A stretch of 63,573 bases of DNA, the filler included, from Hausera hauseri (lineage: Eukaryota): NCBI GenBank assembly GCA_046269625.1. It is 13 parts of 13 records of this genome, joined end to end, with 100 filler letters (N's around TTAATTAATTAA, not from the genome) between each part and the next. Parts side by side here need not be neighbours in the genome. Positions count along the whole stretch, not along the records: positions 9,012 to 14,586 come from JBJURY010227407.1; positions 14,687 to 19,703 come from JBJURY010360929.1; positions 19,804 to 25,974 come from JBJURY010130761.1; 10 more parts are not named here. The stretch is one strand, 5' to 3'. The notes beneath the pieces are model-generated. The model had not been told where the DNA came from. It worked only from the letters and a program-made list of their open reading frames with translations, and did not search any database. The position numbers and the translations under genes were made by a program. Position 1 is the first letter of the stretch, and every line of letters starts with the position of its first letter. Positions 12,901 through 25,000 of this stretch are shown one piece after another.

Positions 12901-14444
12901 ATCATTTCAAATTCTTGTTTACTATGACGTCTATTACGATTGAAATTTGGGACACACACAATCCTTTGTTCACCAAAGCATTTATCCCAATTAAAATTTA
13001 GAGCACTAACCATCCTCAGAAATTCCATACTAGTTAAAACACATGAACCTCTATTGGGTGTTGGTTCAGTATTTATAGGCTTTTTATGCTCCATTTGTTC
13101 AGATATCATTATAGAATTATCCATCTCGATATTATTGTTGGATTCCACTAAGTCATCATTCCATTCAACTTCACCAACTTCGCATAACGAATCCTCGTTT
13201 TCCTCCATTTTTGGAAATTCTTCACTGACATAAGTACATGTATTTTGCTTTTCAAAGATGTCTAATTGTTGTATCTTTTTCGTTATATCGCTCAATTTCT
13301 TTCTCTTTTTATCTAGTTTTGATTGACAATCATTTATTACATCCTCTCGTTCCTTTCTATACATTTCAACTTTCTGATGATTATCATCTAGTAGACAGAA
13401 CAGTAACCGATAACGTAATGCATTTATTCTGCCTGTCGTTCCTCTAGCATTTACTTGTTCCAATTGGTCGATTTCTTCTCTATCTTCCTTAGTTAGTGAT
13501 GTATGTATATCTCTGTACAGATAAATATTCCACAATATTCGGATTTCATCTTCTTCTATTTCTTCTATTTCCTCCCCTTTTAATTCATCCTTTATTGTCA
13601 TCAATGTATAGGTCAACCAGCAGTTGATTATGAACGCATTAGACGTTTTTTCATTCACCAGTTCTCCTCCAAAATTTTGGAATAATCCAATGCATCTTTT
13701 TCCTATTTCTTTGGCTTTTTCTTGATTTACATACTTACCACATAATGGAGACGTTTGTTGTAATAAAGCAAGTGTATTGACAGCAGAAATTTGTGGTGTT
13801 TCTTTTTCGAAATAATAAATAAGGAAATTTCGTTCCTGCATACCACCAATAAACAAAGGTTCGTACCTTAGCAGATGACTTGAACACTTCGATATTATCC
13901 ACTGTTCTTCATTATCATTCTCATCATAATTAACCGATTTAAGTTTACACAATTTCCAATTAAATGTGTCGATACAATGCATTAATTCTGTTAGAGGAAA
14001 TGTTTGATTCGATATTGATTTTATTTCACAAATGTCTTTTGCTAATTTCTTATAATTTAAGCATTCTCTTATTGGTCGATTTTCATAAAGGAACTCTAAT
14101 GGTGATTTCTTTAAATATTTCAATTTTACTTGTGTCAATCTACTGGAGTGTAGAAAGTCTGATGCTGTTCTCGCATTGTCTAAAAGATTTCCATTTATTA
14201 TATTACTCACATGGTCATTACCGATGATTGTTTTATCCTCTCTTTTATTAATGAGTATATTCCTTAGGGCGTCTGAGACGTTTATTGTTTTCCAACATTT
14301 ATGAAAAAGTTCATTGGATTCGTCATCTTTGTCGCTAAAAAGCTTACCCATCATTAATAACAAAAATATCCATAGTAATATTAAAGTCCATGAAGGGCTA
14401 GGGTGTTGAGAAGTAATTTCAACTGCATCAGCCATGTTAATCAT
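9912..14444 (-). CDS. 1510-aa unknown protein with three copies of a ~230-250 aa domain; core of a contig-spanning polyprotein frame
   Basis: Long uninterrupted ORF; repeated YxPLFIG..ER / TSP / CIGLF..FGGEL / NCWLTY..M.IKDEL / E.RILWN.Y / G..NALRY..LFC; N-terminal TM. Confidence 0.85.
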   Translation of the reverse strand: MINMADAVEITSQHPSPSWTLILLWIFLLLMMGKLFSDKDDESNELFHKCWKTINVSDALRNILINKREDKTIIGNDHVSNIINGNLLDNARTASDFLHSSRLTQVKLKYLKKSPLEFLYENRPIRECLNYKKLAKDICEIKSISNQTFPLTELMHCIDTFNWKLCKLKSVNYDENDNEEQWIISKCSSHLLRYEPLFIGGMQERNFLIYYFEKETPQISAVNTLALLQQTSPLCGKYVNQEKAKEIGKRCIGLFQNFGGELVNEKTSNAFIINCWLTYTLMTIKDELKGEEIEEIEEDEIRILWNIYLYRDIHTSLTKEDREEIDQLEQVNARGTTGRINALRYRLLFCLLDDNHQKVEMYRKEREDVINDCQSKLDKKRKKLSDITKKIQQLDIFEKQNTCTYVSEEFPKMEENEDSLCEVGEVEWNDDLVESNNNIEMDNSIMISEQMEHKKPINTEPTPNRGSCVLTSMEFLRMVSALNFNWDKCFGEQRIVCVPNFNRNRRHSKQEFEMIGNMDNTVLIINEPKVSAMESSFRFPYGYLRECLNYDRLVRTLRMCSETQINRIPTTLESIYYNYNNNSELCKETPSTSDYPDYRNIGRYKPLFIGSAQDRIRFINTPSDEKMQLPNIDMFMLLRQTSPLCEKFITQEKARKIGKKCIGLYRRFGGELVHRTTSDLFMVNCWLTYVVMPIKDELTKEKIEEMEKEEARILWNGYALRNEDTPLTEEDNIEINRLEQINEKGLTGHLNALRYRMLFCMLNNDQVLAEPFKREREEYICNQEIQEDELSQKTFRIITDIINFWTKDKETKDKVNKNEEDHTQEVSSKLPSVEMQLDPSLDQRLPEKQHEEQTQFGDGYSSLIHIMTEYRKENILHECSFHLEKRLPYPNQREDWEDVNSTYKTPSKKGRYSCPKGILQENYADTEEWRKLPKSIQEAMEELNKIGSEQESYKIKKYVAPELIKVIREDINLIPKVTTYETKTILATIVKALYPERWHNYTMANEVIPYFRIVNTLRINPANIPSLREEMNQVLYRLVYQPTHFPVNSTRICPEEKDISNTIKELRIIADRNERWLDDIEPKTEYAALLYPDYPDTKLRIYGETPRERCRDIVNCLLLQGSINQLPHADRENFMKLYMILYESYFNRLKQETGIDLKKSTYDYQLLLISSLLYVSYKIPIDDVQFSPWVDFQTRVYYQGFRLLQRVITEIQLQPVWLQPTKVVIGTWNEMMGILGNEPMYPKHESLIKVRLETHSIPQTIRCLRSFDSLIEKHGLTYEESIVYGDRNKYQPLFIGSRRERMLITQFLQRRPPSFAVTGIFNSFPTTSIINYLRRISPKLIASRTPKRITKIANRCLDLFRYYGEELNINSQFETYAINCWMTYTLMAIKDDLIREDIKLFEEDEARIVWNDYLERDVNTILTPEVYMDIDKFDTVNASGFSGKLNAIRYHIIFCELPDNDEIAKPFKVERKRIINSCRQRIGNSKETAVVTTRSLRKPNALDERILNLH

Positions 14445-15299
14445 GGATAGGAAACATATTCCCAGAAGGAATAGCGATCCTAATGAGAATGTGGAATATC
14501 CTTTTATTCTTGAGGATTCCCTTTTTTATCCTTTTCTTGAAGGTCTTGAATATGCATCGCTCTTGTCTCATTTGCAATCTCATCCANNNNNNNNNNNNNN
14601 NNNNNNNNNNNNNNNNNNNNNNNNNNNNNNTTAATTAATTAANNNNNNNNNNNNNNNNNNNNNNNNNNNNNNNNNNNNNNNNNNNNTGACTGTGGATCAA
14701 AGACAAGACAAGACAATCAAGAAAAGAAAAATAAGAAAATTTTAATAAATGAGGTCTACAAGAATTTTTTTTCAAATTTATATGTATGTAAAAAATATAT
14801 TTTATTCACTGTATGAATGGATACTGAGTTAGCTTATTTGGCATGGAAATAATGCAAAATATATTTTCAAATAGACCAGTACTCTTATATGATATAACTG
14901 TCAGATCACTTAAATGATGTATGTGTTGTTAATCTGAACTCAGTGTGATGAATTTAAATGGCGCGAAAGTGGATTATAAATGGTAGGTTTGATTTATTTT
15001 TATTGGATGCAGGAGAGTTTGTTAAATGTAATTTACTTTACTATGTAATTTATAAAATATTGCTAACCCATATGCAATTTATTTTCTAATGCATGTTGCG
15101 AAAAAATACAAGAATTTAATTTACACGTGTGGTGTATACAATGTGAGTTTGTATTAACTAAATGTATTGTATATATCGAATGAGTGTGTTGAAAATATAA
15201 TATAAGTGCCATCATAAGGGCCAAAAACATTATTGTTTGATTAATATTATCAATGGTAAAGCATAAATTGCATTGATTAAAAATTTTGATTTTGAAATA

Positions 15300-16220
15300 C
15301 TACAGCAATAACTAAAATTCATCAACCGCGATAAATTTGCCTGTTCTTTCAATAACGCTCAATCAGCTCTTCGAATACTCTCAATTAATGGATGAAAAGG
15401 TTTTTGTTGATCTTTTTGATGCTTTTTGTAAATTAACAAATGATGCCATTGAAATTGGGAAATAAAATAAAGAACCATCATTATTTGCTATTGATAAACT
15501 CATGGAAACTGGATTAACTAACATTAAAGGTCCCGAAATTTAGTGGAATCAAATATTATCGACATTGATAGAAGATTCATCACAAACCCATGTTGGACCT
15601 AGGCAACCCAGCCGCTGATTCAGTGATTACTTTAACAAAGGAAGTTATTAGAAGTGATACGCCAACACTGATTTGGTTGAACAGAGAATTTTATGATTTT
15701 GGTCTAAAACATTTGTGTCAAATTAGTTCCATTAAATTTTGTGATGTCCGATAAAAGCAATTTGACTATGTACAGTACTTTTTCATCGTTACGGTGACCA
15801 GATTGGGGGCAGCGTGTATTTAATGATTGAGATTATTGGTGCAATTCATTATGCAATAAGTGAACAGCCAGTCATATATGTATTTCAGTGCTTCCAGATT
15901 GTTAATTTTAATTATCTTGTTGTATTGAATAACTCTTATTACTCAGTTGTTATAGTAGCGTCCCGAATCGCTAAACAATACCAGAATTTAAACATTTCCT
16001 TGTCGGAAATTAAATCTATATGGTATATTGCTGACTTCCAACAATCAACATTCGTCGAAAAGGTGTGGACGCGTGATCATACTGATGAATTATGGACTGA
16101 ATTTTATTGTAATCTTGTTGAAATGTGTTGACAAAAGGCCAACTGTTAATACTCTTGATGTACTTCGACAAAATAGTTGGTCCGTAATATGGAAGGTTGT
16201 TTCCGTTACTTGATCTTATA
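15300..16220 (+). pseudogene. MON2: MON2 (ARF-GEF-like Golgi scaffold) internal fragment with premature stops and frameshifts
   Basis: QLFEYSQLMD...NKEPSLFAIDKLMETGLTNI, FQCFQIV, LNISLS...W.IADF, LW...L.EMCVDKRP match the MON2 motifs KEPSLFAVAKLLETGLVN, LNISLT, ELCVDPRP. Confidence 0.8.
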
Positions 16221-17122
16221 TGGAGACTATAAAAGTAAAAATGATGTCAATTGTGTTAAAGGTACTTTAAATTACATTTATTGTTTTTCTGTTGTCTTGA
16301 TTAATGATGAGAGCTGCATGTTTGATACAATATTTGACTGTTGTTTGACCCAAACGAAAAACGGTGAGCTAGAGTTAATAACAAATAATAATTATGAATT
16401 TTTATCTGTTAGTCGTAATAATCATTGTCTGAATATAGATTTTTTTCGTGGTCATTATTATACGATAAAGAAAATGAAGATAATATACAGCTTATATACA
16501 ATACATCAGTCATTAATGTAATTTCATCTCATAGTGTAACAGTTGACATTAATGTATTTTTATTCGATGAATTTTATAGTTCGAAGCTAATACATAGTGT
16601 TACGTTTAATATTAACGTGATTCTATTTCTCAAACAATTTTTTAAACCTTCGAACAGTTTCAACAAATGTTAAAAATATTGACAACTAATTCCAATAGGA
16701 TGTTTTTTCGATTTCCCACTTCTACTTAACGGTGCAGCAAATTTATTATAAATATTTGACAAAATCAAATTACCACTTAGTGAAAGTCGGTAGTTTAAAA
16801 ACTACAGTATAATTCATAAACTTTTACTCGGAGTTTAAGAAGTTCAAAAATTTATATTTATTTTTACACAAAAATCGCAAGGTCATTCAAAATATTTAAT
16901 TTGACTTATACAGGTTACTACGTGGGTTACTATAGCTACTGTCGTTAAGGGGTTCTCAAATTTAATGAAACTTGTATACACATGAATCATACGTACGCAT
17001 AGAAAGCACATTCATTTAAGGCAGTTAAAATGAGTAATATTAAAACAAGGATGGACATTACTTTATTGGTTTAACTAATACGTTTAGACGACTTTTATTG
17101 ATGCAATATTTGACAACGGTTT

Positions 17123-18720
17123 TCAATGTAAAAAATAACTCACATGGTGGTTCGGTTTGGAATTCAAATGTCTTTCATCAGTTGATAAATGACAATCTAT
17201 AATCTCGGAATCGATCTTCTTGAAATCTGTAATGTCAGGTAAAAATTTTGGTGGAATACTTTCTTGTAAATTATCGTTTGAAGAGTTATTCAGATCATGT
17301 ACGTTCTTATCTTGATCTGAAACAAACGTATCACTATGTCGGTCGTGCTGTAATTGAGTCAAAATAGACGTATTAGGACAAGTGTCATCAGCAAGATCAT
17401 GTTTGTCAAATGGTGTAAGAGATAATTGGTTTTCATCACTATTTGTTCATTGTTTCATTTCAATATTCAGATAATTTGTTTCATCTTTAAGATTAAATTA
17501 AGATCCACTTGGGATTTCATAATTCGAGATGTTTCGTTGATTATTTTCTTCATTAATTGGAGCAATATGTGATAGAATCTCATTTTTATGTTCATTATCA
17601 ATTTCATCATTGGACACAACTGATTCTTTGAAATTAAATGCATTTCCTTTGATTGTACCACTTGTCTTTTAATAAAACATTTGTATCTTGATATACGACT
17701 TTTGAATTTATACTTAATTGATGATTAGACCCAACATTCTCCTTTGGATTATTTACCTCGCTGTCTGGAATGCGCGGTTTATTTATATAAAGAGATGAAC
17801 ATTTCGTTTCCAACTCGGATGGAGGATAATTGCAATTTTGGTTATCAATATAACTATCAGGTAATCTTTTATTGTTAGTTTTACATTTTTCATAGTCATT
17901 AGTTGAATGTAAGGTATTTGGAATAGATGATCGACTGAGAGTATTAGATGAACACCTTAATGTGTTGTTTATTTTCACATGCTTGCAGTTGTCTTTTAAC
18001 CTTTCAGCAATATGACCTGCTTCTTGTACCTTAAACGTAAATGAACCAATTCCAGTGCTGCATCGGCGGCCTGTTTCGAGTCGGAACAAATTGTTTTTGG
18101 CACCGAATCTGCATTTTGATGCATATGGAAATTCATGAACAACTTCTCGATTAGAAACATTTAGCAAAAGAAGATATTCAGAACCCAGCTGCATTAGAAA
18201 GTTTCCTCTGAGAATTAATTTTTCTGAATCCGGTGTTGGTTCAACACAAACAAGGTGAAACTCATTCTGATCGTCAGCCGAATAAGCATCATTGACATCC
18301 AAAGAAACGTAAATCTCATTTAATCGCCGTTTATCATCAGCAGCATATTTCAATAATTCATCTGTCGATCTAATAGTTGATGAAATTGCCATAACACTTT
18401 GGTCATTAGCAGATGAATCGAGAATTGGTGCGATAAATTTTCTATTAGATATCAGTCCACTAAGTAATGTACACCATTCCATTAAGTGATCTTCAATTTC
18501 TTGAATACTCTGATACCAAATATATCTAACATGCGGATAAATATCCATCGGTAGAGAACAAAAGTATATAACTACTTCCAAAATGGAGATGTCGAAAAAT
18601 CAAAATTCATAAAGGCAAAATTCTGTATGTTTTTACAATATTTAAACAAATTTCCTTCTTTTATAAAAAAGCAACAAATATATCGAAAAAGCAGGAATAC
18701 AAAATACCACGAAGATTGGT
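17123..18720 (-). pseudogene. DOK/FRS2-like adaptor (PH remnant + IRS-type PTB + Tyr-rich tail), frameshifted
   Basis: PYASKCRFGAKNNLFRLETGRRCSTGIGSFTF is the IRS-PTB signature (WPY..LRR.G....F.FEAGRRC.TG.G.F.F); tail continues in broken ORFs 17467-17661 and 17123-17362. Confidence 0.7.
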
Positions 18721-18888
18721 AAAACAGTGAGATTGTTACAAAAAATCAATTGATAGAATGAAATGCTAAGGCCAATAAAACATTAAAATTGAACGTGCAA
18801 ACAAGGCTAAGATGCGTAAAAAGCTGTAGTGGCAATTTTGAATTTGATTGATTAGATCAATTGTGATGACTAGATGAATTATGATGAA

Positions 18889-19703
18889 TCAATGTGAACT
18901 TTTGTGGATTCCGTACTCGAATAAATCAACCTTCTCTTGAAGCGAGAGATATTCACCGCCAACCATTCGACTCGAGTAAAATCTGTCAGTACTTTGAGAT
19001 CGGAATTTCCAATTCGAACCAGTAATTTCACGACTTCGTTTAGGAATGGAAGGAATCGAATGAGACCGATTTCTCGGTTTAGGTATTGTCTTTGGAGGAT
19101 ATTTAAGAGAATTATTTAATGCTAAAGTTGTAGATACAAGTGATATTGGAGGTTGACTTCCAGACACTGAATGACTTGGAAACGTACTGTATAGCGATTC
19201 TCTCCACTGTCCTCTTTCCTGGCCTTCTAGGTCCGCTATTTTCTTCAATCTTTCCGATTGTATAATATTTTCCGTTTCCTTCTGAACTTTGTATCGTTGA
19301 AACGACTGATTTCTGTTTTCCATAATTTTTTGCTGCTGATATTGCAAACAGAGAAGATCGGACTTTTTGTCTTTTTCAAATTGATTTAACTTTTGCTGTA
19401 ACCTGAAAAGCTCGTCAATCACAGTAGATTGCCACATCTTAATACTTTTCCTCATAGGATTTATTCACATCTTCAACGAGGTTATCAAATCGTTCTTGGG
19501 ATCGAATAGTCTGTTCAAGGCTTTTTTCAACACTTTCTCGCATCTGGCGAATTATTCGATATCGTTCTGAATGAGTATGACAGAGTTCATCATCGAGGCT
19601 TTCAGATACCAAGGACGGATAATTAATTGATATAGTTGTGTTACTTCGTTTGTTATTGCACGTTGTAACATTCATTGAATCATATGATTGAGTCGGGTTA
19701 GAC
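18889..19703 (-). CDS. Coiled-coil protein C-terminal part, frameshift near 19445
   Basis: Two overlapping ORFs (78 and 188 aa), heptad-rich, ends SLQEKVDLFE; product unknown. Confidence 0.45.
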
Positions 19704-19803
19704 NNNNNNNNNNNNNNNNNNNNNNNNNNNNNNNNNNNNNNNNNNNNTTAATTAATTAANNNNNNNNNNNNNNNNNNNNNNNNNNNNNNNNNNNNNNNNN
19801 NNN

Positions 19804-20430
19804 CGAAATTCGGTGCACAACTCAAATAAATATCGATCTTCACAGAATAGTATCGATTACCTCGACACCCATAAATTTTTAAGAAATATGAGAGCGCCAG
19901 TCGATTCTCCATGTCTTAATGCATCTATATAGCACTTTTCAAACGTGACACACATGCGCAAGTGTGCTTTAATTAATAATAACAGTTTTCCGATAAAACT
20001 TATAAAGTTGATTTTAGCACACAAGCACGTGGAAATCGAAAAATGTTTAAGCGTAGGTAAATAGGAACCCACATGCAAGGAATCAGAATCAGGTGTCAGA
20101 AATTCGAAAACTCGCATCCGGATTGAACGTTTCGAATAATTGATTTTCTATTCGAATAGAAGCAAAAATCGAAAAATGTAAAAGCGTAGACGGATAGAAG
20201 CCCATATATGGAGAATCCGACTATGATGTAAGATATTCGAAAAGAAGCTTAAGTAAAAGAGCCAATTTTTCTATCGAATTCGAATATTCGAATAGTACCA
20301 TCGGATTTCCCATGTCCGAGAACCTTCACTGACCAAAAAGGGGGTCTGCGAAGTATTTACATTTGTATCGAAATGAATAAAACATTGAAAATTCGATAAT
20401 ATTCGGTCAAGCATGCATTATTCTAAGAAT
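19804..20430. repeat. Dispersed TTCGAA-rich repeat family with motif GTAGACxGATAGxAxCCATATATGGAGAATCCGA
   Basis: Motif at ~20052 and ~20184, and again in another contig at ~30476 and ~30784; likely non-autonomous DNA element. Confidence 0.55.
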
Positions 20431-20653
20431 ATGATGGCTTTAATCGATTGTATAAAAACCTATTTGGCGCTCAATTGCATTTAATTTATTTGGTGCATTC
20501 AAACAAAGTGTTATAGAATGTTCGAAAATTTAAAAATCCATAAATTAGGCAGTATGCGTTGATATGGCTATGTGTTTCATTATTTACAAAATCACTTCCA
20601 CGAATGGTCAGATTTTTGTTTGTGCTCCTCAAATAACTGGTTGACTTTTAGGT

Positions 20654-21160
20654 GTGCAATCTATACAAACAGTGCTTGGCTCAAATCCACGAGTCTTAAA
20701 TTGCCACAACATTATGCAGAAATACTTCAGCCATCTATACAACAGGGTTGAGTATTATATATGCCCTATGTGTGAGGTAGTGTGCGAGACCAAATATGAA
20801 GACATTTACAATGTCTATAAACAACACTTGAATTCTTTCACCAAGTCGAAAAAACAAATATTCAATACCACTATGCCAATAATGACTTCCATGGCTAAGC
20901 AAAATCAAAGATACAGTTTATTCGTGTATTGCACATGTGCAATATTCAACCCTCAGAACTATCATAATACTATAAGGAGCTATCGTGCATACAAATTCAA
21001 CAGGATCCTCTATTATATACGCCCAGGACGTGAGGCTGTATGTGATGGAGAATGCATGCAGTTTTACGAAAATTATACTACCCATTTGACAGACTTCAAG
21101 TCAAAGTCAAAAAAGGTCATATTTAATGAGCAACACAATTTTGATGCATCTGCTTCGTAG
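20654..21160 (+). CDS. 168-aa Cys-containing ORF upstream of pPolB (possible Maverick accessory or Zn-finger N-terminus)
   Basis: ORF with CPMC...H; position directly 5' of pPolB copy. Confidence 0.35.
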   Translation: MQSIQTVLGSNPRVLNCHNIMQKYFSHLYNRVEYYICPMCEVVCETKYEDIYNVYKQHLNSFTKSKKQIFNTTMPIMTSMAKQNQRYSLFVYCTCAIFNPQNYHNTIRSYRAYKFNRILYYIRPGREAVCDGECMQFYENYTTHLTDFKSKSKKVIFNEQHNFDASAS

Positions 21161-21199
21161 TATGATTTTTCGCAGTATTCTGCCTCACATTATGCTGCT

Positions 21200-23050
21200 G
21201 GATGTGGTGCAGCAGCTGCGAAGCATATTAGGTAATTAAAACGCGCAGCCGCATCAGGCGTAGCCACATCAGGCTCAGCGGCTTTATCTAAAAGCCAAAG
21301 ACAGCAGCTAGTTGATGCGACAGCATTAAAAAGAAAATGCCGCAGATATGTTATTGAGTCAATTGGTCAAACAAACCTCCAAGATTTCCTCTTATACACA
21401 AAGAACAATGCACAGGGAATTCTTCAGGATCTTCAAGTCCTTAAGATGAATATGAAACTGGAGGTCACATATATCAATGTTGATGCAGAAAAATCCAATA
21501 GGGCCTTGAAGACCAAAAATGAACCCATATTGGAAAACACTAATATAGCACAATAGATGCAAGAGGCGCACGAGAAGCTGATCCGTCAAACTGGGAACAG
21601 TCAGAATAAGAAGAGCGGATGGACTCTGGCAGCCATCAAAAGAATGTTTTTTTATGTGCTCAAGTACTCTTTCATGCGGGGTAGTTCATATATTCAGTTC
21701 TCTAATTGGACCGCTAATAAAAGAGCATGTGTAAATGTTTGTAAGAGCGACAACATGTATTTTATGTATTCCATTCTATGAAAACACGTAACGGATCAAA
21801 ATCCTGCTTCACCAGTTTGGTATATAAGGACGTGCAGCACAACTATGACTTCCAATTTTTCAAGTTCCTTCCATCCATAGATGAAGTAAAAAAATTTGGA
21901 AAAGTCAACAGCATGCCCATCAATATCTTGGGATTGGATGAGCGTGATAAATTCCATCGCCTACAGATATGTGATACTGAATTGGAAGATCATAGGGATC
22001 TGCTCCTACTATACTATGGCGAAAAGAATCATTATGTTTGGATCAAAGACTTTGAGCTGCTAGTCAGATCACAAATTACGAAACATCATGTACAAATAGA
22101 AGTATGTGCAACGATGCTTGTCAAATTTCAGCGGCGATGTAGCTGTATTGAAGCTGAAAGAGCCCACGATGTACTGCAACAACAATTATTGTATTAGAGC
22201 AGAATTTCTCAAGGAGGATTAGATTGAATTCAAGCAGTTTGAGAAGAATATCAAGGTCCCAATAGTTATCGATTGCGACTATGAGGCTATTCTGCGCCCA
22301 GTTCAGAGTTTCAGTCCTAATGCACAATATAGAAGCACAACGGCATATCAATATCATGAGCTCTCATCATATTACATGTATGCCAAAGGACTGGACAGTG
22401 AACCATATCTATTCAGGGGTCGAAATGCAGCAGCTCATTTAATAAAATTATTAAAGACAGCTCATAGAATTGGAGATTAGCAGCAGCTGCATATAAGTAA
22501 AATGAGTATGACGAAGCAGCAAGAAGAAGAATAGCGCAAAACAACAACATGTTACTTGTGCTCCAAGTCATTCACTAAGGATAATCATAAAGTCAGGGAA
22601 TTTGCATGCAACAACTGCAATCTACGTTTCAAAACATATGTATGTGTGCCCGTAGTGTTCCATTATTTCAGTACCTATGATTCCCATTTTATTGTTCGGA
22701 AACTAAACAGCATTGAAGAAAACATTGATGTGATTCCCAACAGTGAAGAAAAATGCATTATATTTACCGAGCACGTTGGACGAATGAGGCTTCGCTTCGT
22801 ACACAATTTCCGTTTCATTTCGTCTTCACTTTACAGTTTATTGAAGAACCTCCCTGCAGAAGAACTCAAGGAGACAAAGCGGTTCTTTTCTACTACACTT
22901 GGCCGCGTCAAGAGGAAAGGAGTGTTTCCCCATGACTATACGACATCACGGGAAACAGCGGATGAGTCCTCATTGCCGACCAAGAAGGACTTTTGCAATA
23001 TCCTCTCTGACTGCAATATAGTGATGATGACGACCGGAATGCCCTCAACT
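21200..23050 (+). mobile_element. polB: Decayed Maverick/adintovirus-type protein-primed DNA polymerase B, N-terminal half (copy 1)
   Basis: GSSYI...[65 protein letters not shown]. Confidence 0.85.
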
Positions 23051-25000
23051 TTGTGTTGAAGTCGATGTATGGACTGAACTGCAAGGACCGACAAATCTTG
23101 ATGATTTTTAGCCCCATTCTGATAGCTTGTTGTAGATTTATGTAATGGATTGCATATCTTTCCCATTTTCAAAATGGCATAGTAACTTTTCGACATGTGC
23201 ATTTGGCGGCTTTTTGTTCTCCGGAAGGAAAGACAGCTGTTCATGCCTTGTGTGGATGGAAGCCGGATATTACATATCCACCTACACTACATTGCCTCTA
23301 TCTCCAGTAGGATTCAGGTTTAGTATAGGAATGTATTCAGGATGCTTAACTCACTTGAAGTTATCGTATGGCAGTGGGGCGCTCATTGACAATCCATACA
23401 AGTTGTTGGCATCCAGGTATGATATGTATAAGGATTCCTTGGATGTATCATATGGGTTCATATACTTGTTGTTGGCCTCGTTATACCGGTGAATGGGCTG
23501 GCATATTCCCCCTCTAATGCCTCTCTCGATCATAAGAATCATACCATAATCCTTAATGATCTGCAGCCTAATACCAGTATAGCGCAACATTACTGCCCAA
23601 CTCTTTCCTGGAGCTGTAAAGAAATGAGCCGGATACAATGCATGGCTCTTCCTTGTAACATTCCTGAAACTCTCAAAGATACCCGCCAGCAACAACACAT
23701 CCGGCTTGAGGTAAATATTACTGTATTCCTCTATTGATTTGCATTGGAATGCATTGCAGACGCTTTAAGCATGCTGGTAGTCCTCATCACTGATATCGCA
23801 GTCTGACAGCGGGCTGTAAAAGCCATCCATATCCGGTAATGGAGTCTTATCCATTGCTTCCCATGAAGTTATATAGTCATAGGGAAACACTCCTTTCCTC
23901 TTGACCAGGCAAAATGTAGTGGGGAAGAACTGATTCGTCTCCTTGAGTTCTTTTGCAGGAAGGTCGTTAACGAGGTTATCAAGAGATAAAGTCATGAATT
24001 GGAAACTATCTATGAATCGGCGACTGATTTTCCCATATGCATAGTAAAAATGATGTATTTTTCGTCACTATTAGGGACCACTTCAATATTGCTTTCAATG
24101 CTGCCTAACTCTTGTGCTATGAAGTGGTTGTCATGTCCAATGAGATTACGGAGCACTACAGGTGCATATCCCACCCTTTTGCAACGTAGATTGCAACTAT
24201 TGCATGCTGCGCCTCGATATGCACCTGTAAAATGGCAGTGATCCTTTACTTTCCAATTCTCCTTCGTGAAGGACTTGTCATACAAGTAACATGCTGTGGC
24301 CTTGCGCTATTCATATTCTTGTTTTTTCGATATGCTCATATTATCCTTATGCTGTTGCAACATATCTGCAAGCCTATGATTTATGCCTTCAAGTCTCTTC
24401 ATAAAATGTGCTGCTTCACCAGAACCCCTAAATAAATGTGGTTCATTGTTTAGTCCTTTTACATACATGCAATATGACGAGGGGTCATGATCTTGGTATG
24501 CTCTCGTACTACTGTGTTGTAAATTCGGATTGCAGCTCTGTACTGGTCAGAGAAGAGCCTCAGTCACAATAAACGATAATTTGTACTTTATGCTGTTTTT
24601 CAACCTCTTTGAATTCTATATAGTTCTCCTTAAGAAATTCACTTCTTATTCAATTATTGCTGTTACAATAAATTTTATGCTCCTCTAACTTCTCCACAGC
24701 AGATTCACCACTGTAATGTGAAAAACATCTTTTGCAGATCTCAACTCTATGCTGATTTTTTGTTATTTGAGAAGTTACTAAACGACTTAAGTTCTTGATC
24801 CAAACATAATGTTTCTTTTTCCCATCATTTAGTAGGAGCCAATTCCTATGGTTCTTTAATTCCTCTTAGAATACATGTAAAGGATAGAATTTATCTGTTT
24901 CGTCCACTCCGAAGATATTGATGGATATATGATTAATACGTTCAAATCTTTTTATGTCACCTATTTCTGGTGGAAACTCCATGCAACTGAGTAGGTAGAA
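23040..25000 (-). mobile_element. polB: Decayed Maverick/adintovirus-type pPolB (copy 2) with endonuclease-VII-like, exonuclease and Pol motif A regions
   Basis: [65 protein letters not shown]. Confidence 0.9.

Noticed and set aside
14436-14586. Possible LINE RT C-terminus (FKTFKKRIK) upstream of the 1510-aa ORF
   Set aside because: Only a short low-complexity match; another frame plus an A-run shift joins the polyprotein more plausibly
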